A DNA stretch of 48,121 bases from Chthonomonadaceae bacterium (GTDB lineage: Bacteria; Armatimonadota; Chthonomonadetes; Chthonomonadales; Chthonomonadaceae), in contig DASRGZ010000052.1 of the NCBI GenBank assembly GCA_035650735.1, forward strand, positions 1 through 48,121, written 5' to 3'. The position numbers and the translations under genes are program-made. Positions 9,780 through 18,531 of the stretch are shown one piece after another (position 1 is the first letter of the stretch; the number at the start of each line of letters is the position of its first letter). The notes beneath the pieces were generated by a model, which made no database searches, was not told the DNA's origin, and worked only from the letters and a program-made list of their open reading frames with translations.

Positions 9780-9824
9780 TTAGATCCAAAACTTACTCAA
9801 TAGGGAAGGGTGCCTGCTATCCCA

Positions 9825-10122
9825 ATGTTAGGAACAGTCTCTCACGACAAACAGCAAGAGACACCGGAAGCGAAGGCGCGCTGGTTCCAGTCGCTCTCCC
9901 TGGCTGAACACGTTGCGGCAACGGCTGCCGCGTATCGCCGTGCCGCTGGATGCGGGCGTGCCGGATGTCGTTCTGGATTTGCAGGCCGTCCTCGACCGTT
10001 GTTACGACGAAGGCGCCTATGCGCGGAAGATAGACTACAGCCAGCCCCCCATCCCACCTCTGCGCCCTGAAGACGCTACCTGGGCCGAGGCGCTGCTGCG
10101 AGAGAAAGGATTGCGCCCGTAA
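9825..10122 (+). pseudogene. Chimeric remnant: N-terminus of a small hypothetical protein joined out of frame to the C-terminus of a DUF4058-like protein
   Basis: MLGTVSHDKQQETPEAKARWFQSLSLAE then, in another frame from ~9910, LRQRLPRIAVPL..DVVLDLQAVLDRCYDEGAY..IDYSQPPIPPL..WAEALL. Confidence 0.7.
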
Positions 10123-10186
10123 GCTTCGCGTGCGCTTATGGCAATGCTGAGATGTAGCCCCCTCGAATGGAGCGCGATATAAGGTT

Positions 10187-10996
10187 GTGATGGAAGTTCC
10201 CGCCCCGGTACTGGCAGCGGCCCTCGAAGCCAACGGTATCGCCTGGTGGCAGCAGTTCGTCGCCGCCGTGCCGCAGGCCGAATGGCACGAGAGCGCAGAC
10301 ATCCTGTACTTTGCCACCGGCGTTACCTTCCCCTGGCTCAACGGCGTCCTGCGCGCCCGATTGATGGAAAGCTGCCTGGATGCCGCCATCGCAGAGACGA
10401 TTGGCTACTTCAGAGCCCGACATCTGCCTATGGTCTGGCATGTTGGGCCCTCCACGCAGCCGGCGAGTCTGGGTCGCGAGCTGCAAGCCTACGGCCTCTA
10501 CCCCAGCCGCGCGATGCCCGGCATGGCGATAGACCTGCTGGCGCTGCCGGAGGATAGTCCGGCCCCTCCCGAGTTGACGATCCAGGAAGCGCGCGATGCC
10601 GGGGCGCTTGCGGCATGGCAGAGCGTCTTTACCGCCGTCTTCAGGACCTCGGAGGCGGCGCAGCCTGTCATCGCGGAGGCGTTCGCGCGCATGCGGGACA
10701 CGCATCCCGCACAGCGGTACTTTTGCGGCTATTGGCAGGGCAAGCCCGTGGCGTGCTCCAGTCTCTTTTGCGGGGCGGGCGTGGCCGGCCTCTACAATGT
10801 GGGCGTTTTACCGGAGGCGCGGGGGCAGGGCTTCGGGACGGCGCTAACGCTGGCGCCTCTGCGCGCGGCCTGCGCCGACGGTTACCGGGTTGGAGCGCTG
10901 AGCTCAACCGAGAGCGGGTATGGCCTCTACCGGCGGTTGGGGTTTCAGGAGTGCGCCACGTTTGAGAGCTACCTTCTGGAAGACGCAGAGGCGTAA
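10187..10996 (+). CDS. GNAT family N-acetyltransferase
   Basis: AGLYNVGVLPEARGQGFG acetyl-CoA motif; LYRRLGF. Confidence 0.9.
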   Translation: MMEVPAPVLAAALEANGIAWWQQFVAAVPQAEWHESADILYFATGVTFPWLNGVLRARLMESCLDAAIAETIGYFRARHLPMVWHVGPSTQPASLGRELQAYGLYPSRAMPGMAIDLLALPEDSPAPPELTIQEARDAGALAAWQSVFTAVFRTSEAAQPVIAEAFARMRDTHPAQRYFCGYWQGKPVACSSLFCGAGVAGLYNVGVLPEARGQGFGTALTLAPLRAACADGYRVGALSSTESGYGLYRRLGFQECATFESYLLEDAEA

Positions 10997-11057
10997 ATCA
11001 AGGAACCAGGCGGGTTTCCGGCGAAACAAGCAGAAATTGCGGAAAGGAAACGAGACG

Positions 11058-11909
11058 ATGAGCCAGGTCTTGACGGATTTCTCGGAGGCGGCGCTGATCC
11101 GGGCACTCGAGATCAACCTGTGGGAAGTATTTGCGCAACTCATCCGTTTCATGCCGGGGTCGGAAGTCCGTGAGAATACGGAAGGCATTCGCTTTGCCAC
11201 CGGCATTCCCCATCCTCTCGCCAACGGCATGATGCGCACGCGGTTTGCGCCGGAGGCGGCAGAGGAGAAGATCGCAGAGACGCTGGCCTATTTCCAGGCG
11301 CGCAGCCTGCCAATGCTCTGGTGGACCTGCCCGAGCGACCAGCCCGCCGACCTGGGAACCCGCCTCCAAAATCAAGGCCTGGCTCAGATCGCCAATATGC
11401 CCGGCATGGCGATAGACCTGGAAGCAATGAACGACTCTATCCCCATGCCGCAGGGCGTGCGGATAGAGGAAGTGGGCGACACAGCGGCGCTCCAGCAGTG
11501 GACGCACGCCCTGACGGTCGGCTATGAGATACCTCCAGCCCTCGGCGAGGCGTTTGGAGCCGCCTGGGGTCGCTTCGGCTTTGGAAGCGATCTGCCGCTG
11601 CGGAACTTCCTGGCGGCTCAGCACGGCAAGCCGGTTTCGTGCGCGTCCCTCTACCTGGATGCTGGAGTCGCGGGCATCTACTGCGTCGCTACGGTTCCCG
11701 AGGCCAGGCGGCAGGGCATCGCGGCAGCGCTCGTGCTCCGCTGCCTGCAAGAGGCCCGTGCGCTGGGCTACCGCATCGGCACCCTGCAATCCTCGCAGAT
11801 GGGAGAGGGCGTCTATCGGCGGCTTGGCTTTCAGGAATGCTGCAAGGTCGGTATGTATGCCTGGCCGGGCCAAACAGAAGAAGCGTCCGGAGCCGTCCAC
11901 AGTGCATAA
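11058..11909 (+). CDS. GNAT family N-acetyltransferase (tandem paralog)
   Basis: AGIYCVATVPEARRQGIA; VYRRLGF; shares MPGMAIDL with the upstream gene. Confidence 0.9.
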   Translation: MSQVLTDFSEAALIRALEINLWEVFAQLIRFMPGSEVRENTEGIRFATGIPHPLANGMMRTRFAPEAAEEKIAETLAYFQARSLPMLWWTCPSDQPADLGTRLQNQGLAQIANMPGMAIDLEAMNDSIPMPQGVRIEEVGDTAALQQWTHALTVGYEIPPALGEAFGAAWGRFGFGSDLPLRNFLAAQHGKPVSCASLYLDAGVAGIYCVATVPEARRQGIAAALVLRCLQEARALGYRIGTLQSSQMGEGVYRRLGFQECCKVGMYAWPGQTEEASGAVHSA

Positions 11910-11912
11910 AGC

Positions 11913-12854
11913 ATGAAGCATCTCATTATCAACGCCGATGATTTTGGCTATTCGGCGCGGGTGAATGCGGCGGTGCTGCGGGCGCACCGGGAGGGCGTGC
12001 TGACCAGCGCAAGCCTGATGGTTGCCGAAGCGGGCTGGCGGGAGGCCGTCGCCATCGCGCGGCGCACGCCGACGCTGGGCGTCGGGCTCCATGTCGTCAC
12101 GACTTTCGATAAGGCCGTGCTGCCCGCACAGGAGATCCCTCACCTGCTCGGCGCACAGGGCAAGTTTGGCGCAGACCCCCTGCGTGTCGGGCTGCGCTAC
12201 GCCTTTTCTCGCGCGGCCCGAAGGGAACTGCGGCGGGAGATGGAGGCGCAGTTCGAGCGGTTTGCGCAGACGGGCCTGCCCTGGTCGCACGTAGATGGGC
12301 ACCAGCATTTTCACATGCACCCGGTCGTCTGGGACTACCTGCTCGATCTTTGCGACCGCTACGGCGTTCACCGGCTGCGTATTCCCCACGAGAAGCTGCG
12401 CGCGCACCTGCGCGACGGGGGCGACGGCCCCAACCTGAACACGGCGGCACTGCTGGCCCTGCGGGTCTTACGCCGCCGCAACCTGCGCGTCCTCCGCGCC
12501 CGCAAGACGCTGGGAGGCAGGCCGCCCTTCTTCTGCGACCGCGTCTACGGTCACCTCCAGAGCAGCAATATGAACGCGGCCTACCTGCTGCGTCTGCTGG
12601 AGCGCCTGAACGGAACCGCCGTCGAAATCTACTTCCACCCCGGCACCGACTATGCCCGCCCCTTACCGCCCGCACAGCAGACAGAGGACGTGCGCGACGT
12701 GGAGCTGCACGCCCTCCTCGACCCCGCCGTCCGCGCTAAAATCGAAACGCTGGGACTCTGTACCGGTCGCTACGCGGATGTGGAGGCCGCGATCCGCATT
12801 TCAGAACTGGGCACAAAGAGTGGGAACACCAGAGGGTCTAATACCGCCTTATAG
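11913..12854 (+). CDS. hpnK: Hopanoid biosynthesis-associated protein HpnK (ChbG/YdjC deacetylase family)
   Basis: LIINADDFG, LTSASLM, GVGLH, HVDGHQHFHMHP, EIYFHP; co-oriented with hpnJ. Confidence 0.88.
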   Translation: MKHLIINADDFGYSARVNAAVLRAHREGVLTSASLMVAEAGWREAVAIARRTPTLGVGLHVVTTFDKAVLPAQEIPHLLGAQGKFGADPLRVGLRYAFSRAARRELRREMEAQFERFAQTGLPWSHVDGHQHFHMHPVVWDYLLDLCDRYGVHRLRIPHEKLRAHLRDGGDGPNLNTAALLALRVLRRRNLRVLRARKTLGGRPPFFCDRVYGHLQSSNMNAAYLLRLLERLNGTAVEIYFHPGTDYARPLPPAQQTEDVRDVELHALLDPAVRAKIETLGLCTGRYADVEAAIRISELGTKSGNTRGSNTAL

Positions 12855-12918
12855 CCGTCAGCGCTATGGAACGTTTGTGCCTGCCCCGATGCAGGCACGC
12901 ACAGAAAGGAGATCCAGG

Positions 12919-13530
12919 ATGATCAAACGCATAACAGTGACTGCCGCTTTGACTCTGGTGGGAGTGGCAGCCGCTCTGGCCTGGGCGTATGCGGGCCAGA
13001 CCAGAACCAACAACAGGGCTTCCAACATGGCCCAGAATCGGACCGCCCTGAACGCGATGGATCAAAAGTTTATGACACGCGCGGCTGCTGGCGGGATGTT
13101 TGAGGTGCAGAGCAGCCAACTGGCGCTTCAGCAGGCCTCCAATCCAGAGGTCAAGCAGTTCGCGCAGGAGATGGTGAACGACCACACCAAGGCCAACGAC
13201 CAGCTCAAGCAGATTGCCGGTAACATGAATGTGACACTGCCTACGGCTACCGATGCGTCCCATAAAGGGATCATCAACAAGCTGACCCGGCTGCATGGCG
13301 CGGCCTTCGACAAAGCCTACATGCGCGCCCAGGTAACTGCCCATAAGGCGACGGTCGCCCTATTCCGCACGGAGGAGAAGCGGGGCAGTGACCCGGCTGT
13401 AAAGGGCTTTGCCCAACAGACCTTGCCGACGCTGATAACACATTACAACCATGCGCGCCAGGTCTGGAGCACGCTCAATGCGGCCTCCTTCCACAGGACC
13501 AGGCGTCACATGAGGTCCCACACCTACTAG
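12919..13530 (+). CDS. Secreted DUF4142 (ferritin-like) protein
   Basis: Signal peptide; DQKFMTRAAAGGMFEVQSSQLA, VKQFAQEMVNDH, FDKAYM, TLPTLITH; RBS AGGAG. Confidence 0.88.
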   Translation: MIKRITVTAALTLVGVAAALAWAYAGQTRTNNRASNMAQNRTALNAMDQKFMTRAAAGGMFEVQSSQLALQQASNPEVKQFAQEMVNDHTKANDQLKQIAGNMNVTLPTATDASHKGIINKLTRLHGAAFDKAYMRAQVTAHKATVALFRTEEKRGSDPAVKGFAQQTLPTLITHYNHARQVWSTLNAASFHRTRRHMRSHTY

Positions 13531-13759
13531 AGGGCGCATGCAGTAACGCAATAAACGCCAGGCAAATGCCTGGTAATGGGCCGGATTATCCGGTGTATCT
13601 ACGCTGCCGGTAGCCTATCGCGCCGAGATTGGTCTATAATAGGGCAGGACCAAGCGGAGCGCGGTAGGCTGCCGTTTTGTTTGCGCAAGGGGAAATCCTA
13701 TCCGCGTCGGCTCTTCATGCCGGGGCGGATTTCCGGTTTTGTTTGCAGTAGGAGGAAGC

Positions 13760-15097
13760 ATGTCGCCACCAATTTCCAGGCCGGAGAGCGTCCGGCTCTT
13801 TGAGCGTAACAGCCGGTATCTGCCCGGCGGAGTCGCCTCGCTCAACCGCAAGACGGTTCCCGAGATCGCCTTCGTGCGCGCGCACGGCAGCCGGATGTGG
13901 GACGCGGACGGCAACGAGTATATTGACTATCACGCCGCGTTCGCTCCGTTCCTGCTGGGGCACAACGACCCGGAGGTCAACGCCGCCGTGCGCCGCTCGC
14001 TCGACGCCGACGAGTCGCTGATGGGCACCGGTACGACCCCCTGGGAGGGCCGTCTGGCCGAGTTGATCTGCCATTGCGTGCCCAGCGCCGAGCGCGTCCA
14101 GATCACCAACACGGGCTCGGAGGCGACCTACCATGCCATGCGCCTGGCGCGCGCCTGGACGGGACGGCAGCACATCATCGTGATGCAGGGCGGCTACAAC
14201 GGCTGGCATGACGAGGTGGCCTGCAACGTCATGACCCCGCTAGAGCAGATCGGCCCGCGCGTCCGGCGCGGGGAATATCCTTACGTGCCGATGTCGGCGG
14301 GAACCTCGGACGATGCGCCCAACAAGGTCCACGTCCTTAATTTTAACGACCTGGATTCGGCGGCCTGGGCGATGGAGACCTACCCGATTGCCTGCCTGAT
14401 TACCGAGCCGATCCTGCAAAACATCGGCGTGGTCAAGCCGCAGCCCGGCTACCTGGAGGGGTTGCGGAAGCTGTGCGACGAGCACGGGGTCGTCTTCGTG
14501 ATGGACGAGGTGAAGACCGGGTTCCGGCACGCGCTGGGCGGCTACCAAAGCCTCGCGGGCGTCCGGCCCGACCTGAGCGTCTTCGGCAAGGCCATCGCCA
14601 ACGGCTATGCGCTCGGCGCAGTGGCGGGCCGCGCGGACATCATGAACCGGTTCAACGATCCCGACCCGGCGCGGCGGGTGCTGATCGCCGGCACCTACAA
14701 CGCCCACCCAATTCCGGTCGCGGCAGCAATCGCGACTCTGGAAAAACTGATCCGCGACGAGCAGGCCCTCTATCCCTATCTCGAATCGCTGGGCGCGCAG
14801 ATGGAGGCGGGCCTGGTCGCGCTCTTCCGCGAGCCCGGGGTGACGGCGACGGTAGCGCGGCAGGGATCGGCGTTCTGCGCCTACTTCATGGATCATGTGC
14901 CAGTGGATTGGCACGACATCGCCGAGAATCACGCTATGGACTTCGACCTGGCTTACCGCCGCGCGCTGATAGATCGGGGCGTCTATCACTTCCCGCTGCC
15001 GACCAAGCAGGGCTCTATCTCGGCCGCGCACACGCCCGAGGACATTACTCGCACGCTGGAGATCACGCAGGACGTTCTCAAAGCCCTGGCGCAATAA
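13760..15097 (+). CDS. Class III PLP aminotransferase, glutamate-1-semialdehyde aminomutase-like
   Basis: WDADGNEYIDY, NTGSEAT, DEVKTGFR, FGKAIANG PLP lysine, GTYNAHP. Confidence 0.88.
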   Translation: MSPPISRPESVRLFERNSRYLPGGVASLNRKTVPEIAFVRAHGSRMWDADGNEYIDYHAAFAPFLLGHNDPEVNAAVRRSLDADESLMGTGTTPWEGRLAELICHCVPSAERVQITNTGSEATYHAMRLARAWTGRQHIIVMQGGYNGWHDEVACNVMTPLEQIGPRVRRGEYPYVPMSAGTSDDAPNKVHVLNFNDLDSAAWAMETYPIACLITEPILQNIGVVKPQPGYLEGLRKLCDEHGVVFVMDEVKTGFRHALGGYQSLAGVRPDLSVFGKAIANGYALGAVAGRADIMNRFNDPDPARRVLIAGTYNAHPIPVAAAIATLEKLIRDEQALYPYLESLGAQMEAGLVALFREPGVTATVARQGSAFCAYFMDHVPVDWHDIAENHAMDFDLAYRRALIDRGVYHFPLPTKQGSISAAHTPEDITRTLEITQDVLKALAQ

Positions 15098-15239
15098 GTC
15101 TCTCCCCTCAGAAAGGGTAGGTACACCGTTCGGCACCTCTGCCACAAGGGAATCCATTCCCTCGCTGTGTGGCCTAACGGCCCAGTCTGCCCCTACGGGG
15201 AGACGTACCAGGCTCTCAGGCGGTACCTGTCCACAAAGG

Positions 15240-15372
15240 TGTCGCCAGGCGGAGGGCTGTGGCCAGGTGTGGCTAGGCGGAGGCGCGAACCATGGCAGCG
15301 CCGACCCGAGCAGGGGCCCGAGCCCTTGTAGGGCCGACCCTGGCAGTCCGTTGTAGGCCCGACCCTGGCAGC
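15240..15372. repeat. Triple-nested 45-nt hairpin modules
   Basis: Three left arms (gccaggcggagg, gccaggtg, gctaggcggagg) followed by three right arms (ccgacccgagcag, ccgaccctggcag twice). Confidence 0.85.
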
Positions 15373-15419
15373 CACTAGGCCGAAGGCTATAAAGCGAAGG
15401 GCTTTAGCCCGTCGTCTTA

Positions 15420-16277
15420 TTACCCGTGGGGCCAGCGCACCGTCCACACGCCGAATTTGGCCTCCAGTTCTTCCGCCGTCTCCAGCGAGCCATACATCTG
15501 CCGCGCCCACGCCTCGGTTTCCGCCATCATTTCGGCATGGTCGGCGTCGGGGAGCGACCAGAGCGTGGACCAGGTGCGGCGGCGCAGCCGGTCTAACGTA
15601 TCGGCGACGCGCAATCGCGCCATCCATCGCACCGGCCCCGCCCCCGCGCGCTCCACCTGCGCGCCCTGCGCGCGCAGAAACTCCCAGACCTCCTCGATGT
15701 TCTGTGCGCCCCGGTGCGCCGGCAGGATGTTCCGCTGCCGCGCCAGCTCGAAATACTTATCGCGTACTGGCAGCGCGCGCCGTCCGCTGCCCTCCTGGCC
15801 CAGCAGCAGCACGCCGCCCGGCGCCAGCACCCTCCGTATCTCGGCCAGCACCTCCCGCCAGTCCACAATCAGGTGCAGAATATGCACGATCAGCACCGCC
15901 CCGAACGCGCCCGAGGCAAAGGGCAGCCGCCGCAGGTCGCCCTGGACCAGCCGCAGCGGAAGCGGCGTGCCGGCCCGCTCTTCCCCGGCTCGTTTTGCCT
16001 CCAGCCGCCGCATCATCTTCAAGGAGATATCCACGCCGACGACCGGCACGCCCAATCGGGCCAGCGGCAGGGCAAAGCGTCCCGTGCCCACGCCCGCGTC
16101 CAGCAGCGCCTGTCCGGGCGCAAGCGCCGCCACCTCCCGCAGCAGCCGCGCGGCCTGCTCCTGCACGGCGGGCGGCAGGTAACGGGTTTCATCGTACTCA
16201 TGGGCCACCCTATCAAAAGAGAGGTAGCGCGCGCCTTCCTCATCAACAGCAGGCTCTACCTGCCTGTATAACGTCAT
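15420..16277 (-). CDS. Class I SAM-dependent methyltransferase (start uncertain)
   Basis: SFDRVAHEYDETR, LLDAGVGTGR, GVDIS, GDLRRLPF, RVLAPGG. Confidence 0.9.
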   Translation of the reverse strand: MTLYRQVEPAVDEEGARYLSFDRVAHEYDETRYLPPAVQEQAARLLREVAALAPGQALLDAGVGTGRFALPLARLGVPVVGVDISLKMMRRLEAKRAGEERAGTPLPLRLVQGDLRRLPFASGAFGAVLIVHILHLIVDWREVLAEIRRVLAPGGVLLLGQEGSGRRALPVRDKYFELARQRNILPAHRGAQNIEEVWEFLRAQGAQVERAGAGPVRWMARLRVADTLDRLRRRTWSTLWSLPDADHAEMMAETEAWARQMYGSLETAEELEAKFGVWTVRWPHG

Positions 16278-16420
16278 ATCGTCCGGGCCAACCATAGCAA
16301 ATTCCTCGCATTTCTTACAAATGAACGCTTCCTCTGGCGTCATAGGGAGGGCGTAGATACAGATCCGAAAAAAGCCGCTTGGCCGATTCAAAATTAACCC
16401 AAATTATGTCAATAAATGCC

Positions 16421-16449
16421 TTGACAGCATATTTACCTCGTGTTATACT
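16421..16449 (+). promoter_or_regulatory. Consensus sigma70 promoter
   Basis: TTGACA-17 nt-TATACT with TGn extension in an AT-rich divergent region. Confidence 0.8.
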
Positions 16450-16787
16450 CCAAGCATACCGCAATTTTACTTGCGTGTCCGCATCATTTACTGCACGAAC
16501 TATATCGCTCATTTCCGCTAAATTGGCGGCGTTTGCAGCACTGCCTCCTCTCTTAGCAGATTGCTTCAACCGCATTCTCGCTCACCGGGAGGTGGCGCGT
16601 TCTCTTGGTCAGTAGCACGCTTACAAAAGGGACATCGACCCAGCCCTAAAAGCAAAATCGAACACACCGGGCGATTGACTCGTAACGGGCCCACGCAGGG
16701 CCGGTTGGTTCCTGCCAGGAGGCGAATACGCCAGAGCACTCAGCCCTGGGGGGCCTCCTTGTGCGCGGAAAGGAGAACACGGCGAAC

Positions 16788-17177
16788 GTGCATCCGGACT
16801 ATCTCTTTATCGGCATGGGCATCCTCGTACTGTGCGTTGCAGTTGCCCTCTTAGCGTATAGTTTCCGAACCCGGTCAAGATTGGACGTGCTGACCAGCCT
16901 GCTATGGGCTTGTCTCGGGATCGGGTTTCTTTTCCAGGGATTTGCTCCCCATTTCGAAATCAAGAACAATAAATTCATCATACCGTCTCTGCGTTCTGTG
17001 AAACCTATCGATCATGCAGCGCTCGTCCAGCGTGAACGAAGAATGCAACTGCTCTCGGCGCTATTCACGGGCGGTGCAGCGCTAGGCCTGGCGCTACGCT
17101 ACCGCAGTGTGCTCATCAAACCGAACCGACGGCACACCGGTTCCCCCTCGGCTCATTCGCCGATGTCTCGTCAATGA
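16788..17177 (+). CDS. Small membrane protein (3 hydrophobic segments)
   Basis: AGGAG RBS, GTG start, hydrophobic helices. Confidence 0.7.
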   Translation: MHPDYLFIGMGILVLCVAVALLAYSFRTRSRLDVLTSLLWACLGIGFLFQGFAPHFEIKNNKFIIPSLRSVKPIDHAALVQRERRMQLLSALFTGGAALGLALRYRSVLIKPNRRHTGSPSAHSPMSRQ

Positions 17178-17272
17178 AGTGTGCCGTTTCCAACAAGCTT
17201 GCTGGACGATCCAGCAGCCATCGCCGGGAAGTGATGCGCTTCTCGGCTACCGTAAAGGATAGGGAGGAACAA

Positions 17273-17806
17273 ATGGATCGAGTCACGTTCAATGCGCGAA
17301 GATTTGCACGACCCGCAGCCCTGCTCACGGCTGCCCTCATCCTGGTGCAGGTATTCATCTGCGCCAGCCGGGCCTACGCCTATTCCGTAGTGCCCAACGC
17401 TTTCCAAACTTCGTACACTCTTGTCAATGGGGGTAATACGCCCGACTTCGCAATCGCCGCCAGTAATTCGCCCGTTGAGATCTCGGGTACCTGTAACACC
17501 TTCCCGAATGAGGGCGCGGGATTCGTCAATGCGGTATACACGCCCGGTTCCAGCGGCCTGACCTGGACGGGCGACAACGCTCCAAGCTCTCCCACGATTC
17601 CCTCGGGCGGCGCCTCTGGCGCCAACTACACCTCCGGGTTTACCTACTCGACCGGAGGAGGCGTAATATTCTGTTACGTAGGCTTCGGTGGCACCGTACG
17701 GCTCGAGACGGGGTTAGCGGGGGCGGCCTCACACGTCCCGAACGTCTTCCACATCCACAACGGCTCGGGCGGCACGAGGAGCGTCACCATCCGACAGGTC
17801 TGGTAA
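17273..17806 (+). CDS. Secreted Gly/Ser/Thr-rich, probably beta-rich protein with C-terminal Trp
   Basis: GGAGG RBS, Sec signal ending AYA, two Cys. Confidence 0.8.
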   Translation: MDRVTFNARRFARPAALLTAALILVQVFICASRAYAYSVVPNAFQTSYTLVNGGNTPDFAIAASNSPVEISGTCNTFPNEGAGFVNAVYTPGSSGLTWTGDNAPSSPTIPSGGASGANYTSGFTYSTGGGVIFCYVGFGGTVRLETGLAGAASHVPNVFHIHNGSGGTRSVTIRQVW

Positions 17807-17930
17807 TGCCATACCGACAACGCCGGTCGTGTGCCTGGGCTATGATGGAAAATGTGCTATCATTCCATCATAGCCTGAGGCTACCCGCTAATATCGGCGT
17901 CTTCCGGAGTTTTGAGTAAGGAGGTCCTTC

Positions 17931-18323
17931 ATGGCCATCAACTTCATAGTTACTGCCGCTACGCTGGCGATGCTTATCAGCATGCCGGGACAGAACTCGG
18001 TGACCCATCCCAAATTCTCTCAGGATGCCGCTCTCCAACCTAGGCCCCTCATGATCCATCGCGGCAAGGATCTCTCTCAGGATGCCGCTCTCCAACCTAG
18101 GTCCAGCATCGCCTCTCAAGGCAAATCTCTCTCTCAGGACAGCGCCGTGCTGCAGGGCATTAGCAGCGTGGAAGCAATGCGCGGCCAGTTGGCTCGGCCC
18201 GCTCCCGGCAACGATCTTGATGGTGCCTACGCGAACGAACAGATAATGAGGCCGCTGATCGAAGAAGCAATGCGCCGTCAGTTGGAAACGGGAGATTATA
18301 CCCACCTGGAGACGGGGCAGTAA
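17931..18323 (+). CDS. Small secreted protein with three 19-aa repeats
   Basis: AGGAGGT RBS; hydrophobic N-terminus; SQDAALQPR twice plus SQDSAVLQG; 57-nt DNA period. Confidence 0.75.
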   Translation: MAINFIVTAATLAMLISMPGQNSVTHPKFSQDAALQPRPLMIHRGKDLSQDAALQPRSSIASQGKSLSQDSAVLQGISSVEAMRGQLARPAPGNDLDGAYANEQIMRPLIEEAMRRQLETGDYTHLETGQ

Positions 18324-18531
18324 GAGGGAAGCACGCCTGTTCTCTCTTAAGTCAGGCGTAAGCGTTGTTGGGACGTTCCCTGTGTCGCTTGGCTTTAGCA
18401 ACACGTTCTCTACTGGAAGCCGGCATCGTGCCAGGTCATGGTGTCGGCTTCTGCTTGTCTGCGATGCGCCGGGTCAGAGGCCGCTTAACATGGGAGCCTG
18501 CTGGAGCGGGCCAGGCTAATGTTTCCCTTGC

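Noticed and set aside
13540..13620. c-di-GMP-I riboswitch suggested by ggcaaa hairpin
   Set aside because: Lacks the downstream GCAAAG/P3 consensus
13760..15097. Assigning hemL
   Set aside because: Family is clear, but motifs deviate from canonical HemL and there is no hem context
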